Below are positions 54,896-62,030 of a DNA stretch of 64,000 nt, one piece after another. The notes beneath the pieces are model-generated. The model made no database searches. It saw only the letters and a program-made list of their open reading frames with translations, and was not told the DNA's origin. This DNA comes from a virus, in the IMG/VR virus record IMGVR_UViG_3300005528_000059, positions 5,409 through 69,408 of that record. One strand, given 5' to 3'. The position numbers and the translations under genes are program-made. Numbering within the stretch: the first letter of the stretch is position 1; each line of letters opens with the position of its first letter.

Positions 54896-55562
54896 CTTCT
54901 CGCTCCGACAATTGGCTTTAGTTACGTCTGCTGAGGTAGTTGGCACAGATGAAATGTGTGCTGTTATTCCGCTTGGGAATGATTTACGCAAATACTCTGA
55001 GATGATGTTTGAAGCTATAGAGCGACGTAAGTTTATCCGTGGGAATGGTGTGGCTAATCCGAAAGGTGTCCTGGCTGAAGAAGCTCTTCCAAACGCTATG
55101 CGTGTTCACGACGAGCGCCCCTATACTCTGGGATACATAACGACAGGTGTTGCTGGTCACTTCTCCATGAATGACAACGCTGATATATTTATCACCCTCA
55201 TCCACACTCTGGACGCACGCTATCGTCGATATGCATCATTCGTGGTGAGCACTGATGTAATGGATTTTCTCAAGCGTATCAAAGATAGCAGTGGTCAGAT
55301 GATATGGCGACCAGCAATGACTGTAGGCGATCCTGAGATGCTTTACGGGTTTCCTGTTTACGAGAGCGAAGATATGCCTTTGATGAAGGAAGCCCGCTTC
55401 TCGGCCATGTTTGGTGATTTCGTTGCGGGTTATCTGATTAAAGATAGTCCTACACGCTACGAAGAAGACAAAGCAAATCGAGAGTTTATAGCTACCAAGC
55501 GAGTTGATGGCTACGTGAAAAACTTCAACGCAATCAAGCTTTTAAAATTCGCAGAGGAGTGA
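54888..55562 (+). CDS. Truncated HK97-fold major capsid protein (C-terminal half, GTA/prophage type)
   Basis: FI.GNGV..PKG.L..LGYITTG.AG.F..L...L...YR..ASFV....KD..G..IW......G.P..L.G.PV..SEDMP..FGDF..GY.I..ATKRV.G.V.NF.AIKLLKFA; only 224 aa. Confidence 0.85.
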   Translation: MSSFSLRQLALVTSAEVVGTDEMCAVIPLGNDLRKYSEMMFEAIERRKFIRGNGVANPKGVLAEEALPNAMRVHDERPYTLGYITTGVAGHFSMNDNADIFITLIHTLDARYRRYASFVVSTDVMDFLKRIKDSSGQMIWRPAMTVGDPEMLYGFPVYESEDMPLMKEARFSAMFGDFVAGYLIKDSPTRYEEDKANREFIATKRVDGYVKNFNAIKLLKFAEE

Positions 55563-55894
55563 GTATGTCTGAAGAACGAGTAATAACCGACGAAGAAATC
55601 TTAGCAGCTTGTGTGCTGAAGTTTGAGTGCTATGATTTCGACGAGCCTATCACACTTCGATATTGGTTCAAACAAGTTTTGTTCAGCCTCATTAAAGAAG
55701 GTGAGACTTTCAATGGCAAGCGTCCATTCGGCAATAGCGGTTGGGAAGCTTATCTGGGTATTCCGTTCGTGATGGCCGGTCTTCTGGAGAACGAGGACGA
55801 CAGCGAGTTTCCAGATGAGGCTTATCCAAAGTATCCTTCTGAAGCGCGCTTGCTCCTGCTTCGTGCAATCAACTTGATGGTGGGGCCGTTATGA
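55559..55894 (+). CDS. Hypothetical phage protein
   Basis: EGE.F.GKRPFGNSGWE motif. Confidence 0.65.
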   Translation: MSMSEERVITDEEILAACVLKFECYDFDEPITLRYWFKQVLFSLIKEGETFNGKRPFGNSGWEAYLGIPFVMAGLLENEDDSEFPDEAYPKYPSEARLLLLRAINLMVGPL

Positions 55895-56256
55895 GGGATG
55901 ATCGAGGAAAAGAGTTCCAGGAGAGCCATGAGTTACCTCGTAAGGACGACACCGTTACTATCAAAGCAAAAGTGCGTTCTTTCACAGGCACTAAAGAGGG
56001 TCTGTGTGCGCTTGAAATCGTAGCTCTCGACTATTCGAGTCACACAGCTTCGTATATCAAGCAGGCTACTACTATTCGTCTTCCCTTGGAGGATATCGTT
56101 GCTTTAGTTGATCGTCCTGTTACGGATAAAGAAATCATTGATGAACTTAAGAAAACGATCAACGAGCAAGTCGATGAAATAGCCGAGCTTAAATCTAGGA
56201 ACGAAAAACTAGAGGCGAACTACGCTAACTTGTATAACAGCACGAGGACCAGATGA
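55891..56256 (+). CDS. Hypothetical beta-domain plus coiled-coil protein
   Basis: ATGA coupling. Confidence 0.55.
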   Translation: MRDDRGKEFQESHELPRKDDTVTIKAKVRSFTGTKEGLCALEIVALDYSSHTASYIKQATTIRLPLEDIVALVDRPVTDKEIIDELKKTINEQVDEIAELKSRNEKLEANYANLYNSTRTR

Positions 56257-56507
56257 GCGAGCAAGTTGACTTAGCGACACTTCCTATCGATGAGCTGCTT
56301 GAAGTAGCTAGTGAGGAAGCTGGTAGGATTCTTAACAGACAAATGCTACTCAATCCTAATCTGTCAGACAAGCGTGCTCGTGAGATATTCTCCATGGAGC
56401 TGCTGAAAGTCGTTGCAGCATGGATGAGGGAGCAGCCGATGGGTGGACTGTGCTCACCAGGATATTCGTTAGCTATCGATAATTTAGAAGATATCATTAA
56501 CTATTGA
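56253..56507 (+). CDS. Hypothetical protein
   Basis: gagga RBS; ATGA coupling. Confidence 0.55.
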   Translation: MSEQVDLATLPIDELLEVASEEAGRILNRQMLLNPNLSDKRAREIFSMELLKVVAAWMREQPMGGLCSPGYSLAIDNLEDIINY

Positions 56508-56529
56508 TACTTTCGCTAAAGGATAGGTC

Positions 56530-56742
56530 ATGGTCAAGAAGTTCGTAATGAAGCATCTAGTCTTTAAAAGAGCTGAGCCGGAGGAATTCGACGAAACAAC
56601 TGCTCCAGATTGGCTGACATCAAACAACACTATCAAAGGATCAACTATGGATAATCGTTGGTTCTGGGACGATTACGTACTGAAACTGAAAGTAGGCAAA
56701 TCAATAGATACGGATTTCCATAGAATCACACGCATAGCATAA
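56530..56742 (+). CDS. Hypothetical protein
   Basis: aagga RBS. Confidence 0.55.
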   Translation: MVKKFVMKHLVFKRAEPEEFDETTAPDWLTSNNTIKGSTMDNRWFWDDYVLKLKVGKSIDTDFHRITRIA

Positions 56743-56764
56743 CTTCCTAGGGAAAACTTAATTG

Positions 56765-56792
56765 TTGTAATGACGCCATGATGGCGTAAGGT
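56765..56792 (+). promoter_or_regulatory. Phage promoter
   Basis: TTGTAA-N16-TAAGGT; the spacer holds the palindrome cgccat-g-atggcg. Confidence 0.65.
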
Positions 56793-56827
56793 GGGCTTGT
56801 GTTTAAGGCAAGTAGGAGCCCGCAATC

Positions 56828-57346
56828 ATGTTCAAAGTTATTGAACAGTACACTATTCTCACCAGCACCTATGGTGTAGAGAAAATTGACAACCGGACCT
56901 ATGCCGCTTGGGTTGACGGCTGTCTTCTTGACAAAGCTGCATCAATTCACGCAGTTCGTCAATTTCTGCTCAACCATGCTAAGAACAAACTAGCAGACTT
57001 AGCTTCTGAGCTTGTACAGAAAGCAAGGCATGTTGATGAAGCCTTGGCCTCGCTAGATCGAGAAGAGCATGCGCTGGCTAGAAGCGTAGCGCAAGCAACC
57101 GCTCGTCCTGAAACTGAAGCGGCTCGTATCGTTTACGACGCTCTGTTAGATAGTGGTGTGGCTTTCACTGTCAATGGCGCAAGTAGCGGCCTTCATATCT
57201 TCCACATGTGGAACCCTGACGTTTACATCAGGTGTTTAGAAGATGATAATATGCCAGGAGTTCCGCGCCCTGAGGCTTGGGATGGTATCTTTATCTGTGG
57301 CACTTCAGCAGCTCGGCAGTTCTATTTAATGCTCACGCTAGACTAA
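56828..57346 (+). CDS. Hypothetical protein
   Basis: Promoter and aggag RBS. Confidence 0.65.
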   Translation: MFKVIEQYTILTSTYGVEKIDNRTYAAWVDGCLLDKAASIHAVRQFLLNHAKNKLADLASELVQKARHVDEALASLDREEHALARSVAQATARPETEAARIVYDALLDSGVAFTVNGASSGLHIFHMWNPDVYIRCLEDDNMPGVPRPEAWDGIFICGTSAARQFYLMLTLD

Positions 57347-57500
57347 AGGGCGGTGCTAAATGAGGGCCTAGGGTGCGTTGTGGCGCTTGGGTAGCTTGGC
57401 GCGTGGGTAGCCTAGGGCTTTGTATCGCCCGTAGTCTAGGAAGCGTTTGTAGTTGGTAGAGGTAGGGTGGGCGTGGTAGTTTGGCGCGTGGCTTGCAGTT
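57343..57500 (+). repeat. Dispersed element copy I, with a G-rich flank
   Basis: aagggcggtgcta..tagggctttgtatcgcccgtagtctaggaagc versus copy G tagggctttgcccgtggctctagaaagc. Confidence 0.6.
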
Positions 57501-57512
57501 TAGGAGAATGTT

Positions 57513-57683
57513 GTGCAGAAATACTATGATGAGCTCAGGCAAGAAAATGAGCGTCTCCGTACTGAGAACGAGAAACTCGTAGCTGAGAATATCCAGCTCG
57601 TGGCTCAAAATTACTTACTTCAAACGACTCGAGAAATTCTCCTTGCAGAACTTCGTGAGTGCAATCGACCAAACATAGATTAA
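57513..57683 (+). CDS. Small coiled-coil protein (not in the ORF track)
   Basis: aggag RBS, GTG start; ELRQENERLRTENEKL. Confidence 0.5.
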   Translation: MQKYYDELRQENERLRTENEKLVAENIQLVAQNYLLQTTREILLAELRECNRPNID

Positions 57684-57693
57684 GGGGTGCTAC

Positions 57694-58083
57694 GTGGATA
57701 AGTTAGATATCGATAAGTTTGAGCTAGCAGAGTTAGTTCAAAGTGAGTATTGTATAGTTCCTATTTGGCAGGCTCGCACAGGGTTTGTCTTGGCGAGTAA
57801 TCCCCGTAGTTGGGACAAGTTTGATTGGGCCAAGAGTTTCGCTTCGCTAGAGAAGGCTGAGGCTGCATTGCTCGATCGTCCCAATACTCGAAAGGTTGGC
57901 AATCGTAAACCATGTGGTCAGTTCGAGTATGATGTTGAGCTTGGGAAAGCTGAGATCATCCGTAGTGCAGTTACTCTTCAGAATGCTTTAGATGGGAAAT
58001 TGAAGCTTCTAGGTTATACGATTGACTGTCCTGTATCTGGGCAGACATACACGTTTCGCAGTTATCCTAAGGTGGAGAAGTAG
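57694..58083 (+). CDS. Hypothetical protein
   Basis: aagggg RBS, GTG start. Confidence 0.55.
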   Translation: MDKLDIDKFELAELVQSEYCIVPIWQARTGFVLASNPRSWDKFDWAKSFASLEKAEAALLDRPNTRKVGNRKPCGQFEYDVELGKAEIIRSAVTLQNALDGKLKLLGYTIDCPVSGQTYTFRSYPKVEK

Positions 58084-58401
58084 ATGTCTGCGATCTTGAG
58101 ATTTACTGCTTCTTTTTGTGTCTTTTTCCTATGGAGCCATTTGTTCGTGTGGCCTATAGGTATGATTTTTAGTGCTTGGGACCTTCTCCCAAAGCTGCCT
58201 ATTGATCGCATCATAACAACAGACTTTCTGCTGTGTGTTCTTGCTTCAGCATTTATCATAGTTTGGTCTTTGTTTTGGAAAGAGAAAAATTCTTGGGAGT
58301 TGCTTCGTTCTGCCCAGCGGAAGATTAAGTATCTAGAAGCCCATTTGACTCGGCTAGGCGTGGACCGTGAAGACTTAATCCAGAAGGGTTGGGATTACTG
58401 A
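58084..58401 (+). CDS. Two-TM membrane protein
   Basis: ggag RBS; two hydrophobic helices. Confidence 0.55.
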   Translation: MSAILRFTASFCVFFLWSHLFVWPIGMIFSAWDLLPKLPIDRIITTDFLLCVLASAFIIVWSLFWKEKNSWELLRSAQRKIKYLEAHLTRLGVDREDLIQKGWDY

Positions 58402-58691
58402 TGCAGGGGTGTGAAGCGCTCTGTCTTAATGGGTGTTTGAAGTGCTGCTCAGAATCAGAGCTCGTTCGACGACTTGATGAAGCTATGCGTCAGCTCGCTA
58501 TTCTTCAAGTAGCACATCGCACTCTTCAATCTCGCTATCACCGCAGACCCGCTCTGCATCAGCATCAGGTTCGTGCTTTGAATGCTGTGGGTCAGCATAT
58601 CGTCTTAGAGCCCGAGTTGGGGAAAGCGGTTATGGCAAAATTTCAAGAAGCTGCTGCCAAGAGCGCGTTCGCGTGCTTCAATCGGGGTTAG
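58401..58691 (+). CDS. Hypothetical protein with a Cys-rich N-terminus
   Basis: TGATG coupling; C...C...C..CC. Confidence 0.5.
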   Translation: MQGCEALCLNGCLKCCSESELVRRLDEAMRQLAILQVAHRTLQSRYHRRPALHQHQVRALNAVGQHIVLEPELGKAVMAKFQEAAAKSAFACFNRG

Positions 58692-58695
58692 AAGC

Positions 58696-59475
58696 ATGAG
58701 CAAGTTTGAAGTCACTGATGCAATAGTCAGCGCCGCAGTGTGGGCACATCAAAACGCGCCAACTAGGATGGGGCATCCATTCATTCCTATGCGCGCCGCC
58801 ATCACCGCAGCGATTGAGAAAAGCGGGTTAGTAGAAGAAAACACGCGCTTGCGGAATCTTGAGTCGCTTTGCTTGTTTTGGCTTTCACCTAAAAGAACAG
58901 CGGACAGTGCTGGAGTTGTCGAAGTTTTACGCAGTCATTTACTAGACAAAGAGAACGATGTTGTCCCTCGAGAGGACAAAGGAATTGACATCGGACTCAA
59001 GCGTGTTAATGAATCTGAAATCTCGTATTACATCTTGCGTAAGCCCGATGGAACAGAGTTTCGTGTCGACTGTCCTCTTACAGAAGAGTCTATTCGTGAG
59101 GCTTCTGGTGGATGGGAAGGCGATCTATACGTTGTCTCGAGTGTTACTCCTGCGTTACCGAATCCTACTCCATTGAGGGTCCGACAACTTGTAGTCACTC
59201 TACAGCCGCAGTTGCGTTGTATTGACGGGAAATTCTATGTAACCGAGTCAAAGACTGAACGTTTAAATAGGCCAATGGAGAAGCCAGTGTCTAAAGATGA
59301 GATAGAAGATGTGCTGACTACTATATTTAGTCAGCTTCATAGTATTGAGCATAAGCTCATACGAGCTGGTTTAAAAGGCCAAATGAGCGGTGGGTCTAAA
59401 ACAGATATCCGCCAGAAGTTGGACTATATCGCCGAAATGGTAAATAAACTGCCACAGAATGGAGAACAGGCATGA
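58696..59475 (+). CDS. Hypothetical multi-segment protein
   Basis: N-terminus resembles that of 54279 (FE+TD.+...A..A..PM.AA...AI..SGLV.E). Confidence 0.6.
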   Translation: MSKFEVTDAIVSAAVWAHQNAPTRMGHPFIPMRAAITAAIEKSGLVEENTRLRNLESLCLFWLSPKRTADSAGVVEVLRSHLLDKENDVVPREDKGIDIGLKRVNESEISYYILRKPDGTEFRVDCPLTEESIREASGGWEGDLYVVSSVTPALPNPTPLRVRQLVVTLQPQLRCIDGKFYVTESKTERLNRPMEKPVSKDEIEDVLTTIFSQLHSIEHKLIRAGLKGQMSGGSKTDIRQKLDYIAEMVNKLPQNGEQA

Positions 59476-59705
59476 ATAAGAACAGGCGCAAAGAAATCGA
59501 GACGGCCATTGAGTTACTTGATAAAGCTAAAGATATCCTGGAATCCTGTGCTGCGGATGAGCGTGAGGGTTTTGAAAATCTGTCGGATGGTCTTCAACAA
59601 GCCGAACGAGGGCAGCTTATGGAGCAAGCTGCTGACGCTCTCGACGAGGCAGTCTCTTCGGTGCAGTCAGCAATGGATTCTGCTGGCGCGGCTACGGAGG
59701 TTTGA
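59472..59705 (+). CDS. Conserved small helical phage protein
   Basis: MNK.RRK.I..DE.E.FENL...LQ..ERG..ME.A...L. Confidence 0.65.
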   Translation: MNKNRRKEIETAIELLDKAKDILESCAADEREGFENLSDGLQQAERGQLMEQAADALDEAVSSVQSAMDSAGAATEV

Positions 59706-59707
59706 TC

Positions 59708-60502
59708 ATGGACCCAAGTGAAATTAGACAATACGATGTTGTTTCAGCGAAAGTTGTTGGGACAGTTCTTCAGAAAGAAGACAGTTATGCTGTCGTTCGG
59801 TTGCGTGATGCTGATAATAGCACGATCCTTAACCAGTGGGGCGAGCCTACGGATTTTAACGTTCCTTACGAGTGTATTGATTCTGTCGTTAGTCGTGAAG
59901 AAACGCTCGAGGATGAAGTTAACCGTCTCCGTTCGGAGAACCAAACGTTAGTCAATGCGAACATGGCTTGGGCCATCCAGAATGACATGCTGGCTAAGAA
60001 AGTTTTTGAACTTCAGCGTTACGTGGATGACCTTAGTCACCCTTCCTCAGAAACGGTTAAGCTGACAGAGCGAACAGAAAAGTTTCTAGCTGAGAATGCT
60101 GAATTACGCAACATGAACCAAGAGTTATCCGATAGGATTACTAGTCTGTATAGAACTGTTGACGCTCTTAATCATCCAAACCCGAACGTAACCGAGTTGG
60201 AGCATCGTCTTGAAAAAGCTCTCACGGAAAACCGTAGAATCCGGGAGGAGCATGAGTCGGACTTAGAAAGACTTGCTAGACTTGAGGAGCTCTCTGGTAT
60301 GCAAGCGCCTCAACCAATTACCATGGAGGATCGACTAGCTATGGGCAAAGCTCTTCGTAGGAAACATCTAAACTCGGAACCTTTGCCTTACAGAGAGGAG
60401 GAAGTTTTAATTCCTCCGGAGCCATCGGTGTTAGGCGGTGTAGATATTTCTAAGTTTGAGGGAGGCTTAGGTAATAATCCATTCGTACCGACTAACTATT
60501 AG
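59708..60502 (+). CDS. Beta-domain plus long coiled-coil protein
   Basis: ggagg RBS; duplicated LSHPSSETVKL / LNHPNPNVTEL coiled-coil units. Confidence 0.6.
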   Translation: MDPSEIRQYDVVSAKVVGTVLQKEDSYAVVRLRDADNSTILNQWGEPTDFNVPYECIDSVVSREETLEDEVNRLRSENQTLVNANMAWAIQNDMLAKKVFELQRYVDDLSHPSSETVKLTERTEKFLAENAELRNMNQELSDRITSLYRTVDALNHPNPNVTELEHRLEKALTENRRIREEHESDLERLARLEELSGMQAPQPITMEDRLAMGKALRRKHLNSEPLPYREEEVLIPPEPSVLGGVDISKFEGGLGNNPFVPTNY

Positions 60503-61608
60503 CGGCAGATATCAGCGCCATCGTCTGAGTATGTTTCGCGGATACGGATCATGTCGATCTTCTCAGAGGACATGATTCGCCCGCCCCATAGATCGGCGAT
60601 GACCAGACCGTACCACCAGTTGATGATTGAATGGGTAGCGTAGTCCTCAACCTCCCCATGCGGTAGGGCGCAGCCGACTTCCATAACGTCGACAGCTGAG
60701 ACAGCTCCAATTTTCCCTGTTGTGAAATGCTGGAAAGCATGAGTGTGTCCAGAGATGAAGGATGACGTCATCTCGTTGGCGGCGCGTTGAGGACCTGTCT
60801 TTCCTCCAAAAGCACGACCAGCCCCGTTCGTTGGGTGGTGGGATATACCTACGCCTTGAACGAACATCACTTCTCCGTAAGGACGAGTGCGCCAGCCGAA
60901 TTGAGCAAAGTTCGTTTCCAGCTCTCCAGTGAACACACCCATAGTTTCGGGATTGGCGTTCTCAAACCGGTTGAGGCGGTTCTCATGATTGCCTAAAGTA
61001 ATGTCTAGTTTAGGCTTCCAGTCAGGTGCTTTGTTGTCATGGAAGACGAGCAGGGATTCTTTCTGATTATCCAGGTCGGCTCGGATGGGTGGCTTTAGCC
61101 GTGCTCTCGCGGTGTCATTCTTATCGTGGAAGCTCGCGCCATCAAATGTTCCCCAGTCACCTACCTGTACGACTCGTGATAGCTTACGCTCGGACCCTAG
61201 GCGTGCAGCCCATTTGAGGACTTCCGTGCGGTGTGGATGTCTCGGGTCTTGATGGAGGTCGCCAATGAAAAGGACTCGCTCGCGTGTGCCTTCGGGGTAG
61301 TAAGCTCTAGGGTCGGGCGTTGAAGCTGGAGTGATGACTTGTCTAGGGACAGGTTGCAAGTAGCGAGAAGGAACGTACAGACTCCAGTCAGGTTCTATAC
61401 CGTAGTGGGTTTTCGCTGCTGTGAGTCGATTGTTCAGGGCTTGTGTGGAATTGATAAAGCCGTCTATCACTGCTTGTTCAGCGGCGACTTGTAAAGCTGA
61501 GCGTCCTATTCCATGGACACCGATGGGCCTGTTTCCACCTCGCAAGGCCATGTTCACATAATGTACTGAAAGTTCTGCATCTGCTCGTGTTAGTTTGGGT
61601 GCTGGCAT
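60499..61608 (-). CDS. Calcineurin-like metallophosphoesterase
   Basis: IGDLH, VGDW, LGNHE, SHH, SGHTH. Confidence 0.88.
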   Translation of the reverse strand: MPAPKLTRADAELSVHYVNMALRGGNRPIGVHGIGRSALQVAAEQAVIDGFINSTQALNNRLTAAKTHYGIEPDWSLYVPSRYLQPVPRQVITPASTPDPRAYYPEGTRERVLFIGDLHQDPRHPHRTEVLKWAARLGSERKLSRVVQVGDWGTFDGASFHDKNDTARARLKPPIRADLDNQKESLLVFHDNKAPDWKPKLDITLGNHENRLNRFENANPETMGVFTGELETNFAQFGWRTRPYGEVMFVQGVGISHHPTNGAGRAFGGKTGPQRAANEMTSSFISGHTHAFQHFTTGKIGAVSAVDVMEVGCALPHGEVEDYATHSIINWWYGLVIADLWGGRIMSSEKIDMIRIRETYSDDGADICR

Positions 61609-61698
61609 GGTGTGACCTCATGTTAAGACGACTGTCTGCGGGTTGCAAACAGTCGTCATTAGCTTTCCTCGGGTACATCAATGAGCAGATAAAGTGAC

Positions 61699-61899
61699 TT
61701 ATACCAACTTCGTACTGAAGTAGGCAGCACCATCTTGAAGGGTAGTTGCTTTGATACCTGCCGTTCTGGCAGCTTGATCTTTCCGGTGTTCAGCGCGAAT
61801 TTGATTCGCTTCACCGATGGCTTGATCCATAGACTTCTTTTTGAGATTCACCATGTTTGGGACATCAGTGGGCAAAGAGGTAGGAACTGGGGTCTTCAT
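61699..61899 (-). CDS. Hypothetical protein
   Basis: aaggag RBS before MKTPVP (start moved to 61899). Confidence 0.55.
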   Translation of the reverse strand: MKTPVPTSLPTDVPNMVNLKKKSMDQAIGEANQIRAEHRKDQAARTAGIKATTLQDGAAYFSTKLV

Positions 61900-62030
61900 G
61901 GCAATGACTCCTTGGGTTGTCTGTGGATTGCTTATCGTTTGTCTTAGGTTGCTCGCCTCATACACGCTTGGGTTGCTCGCGTAAAGGGGGTCGCTTCGTG
62001 TGGTTGTCTATTGAGTGCTATCCGTAGTCG

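Noticed and set aside
54888-55562. The phage's real major capsid gene
   Set aside because: Too short, lacks the N-terminal half of the HK97 fold and has no head-assembly neighbours.
10029-57500. Dispersed elements as a CRISPR array, REP/MITE family or simple terminators
   Set aside because: Copies are kilobases apart and highly degenerate, with no terminal repeats or target duplications; most lack a U-tract and several lack a hairpin.
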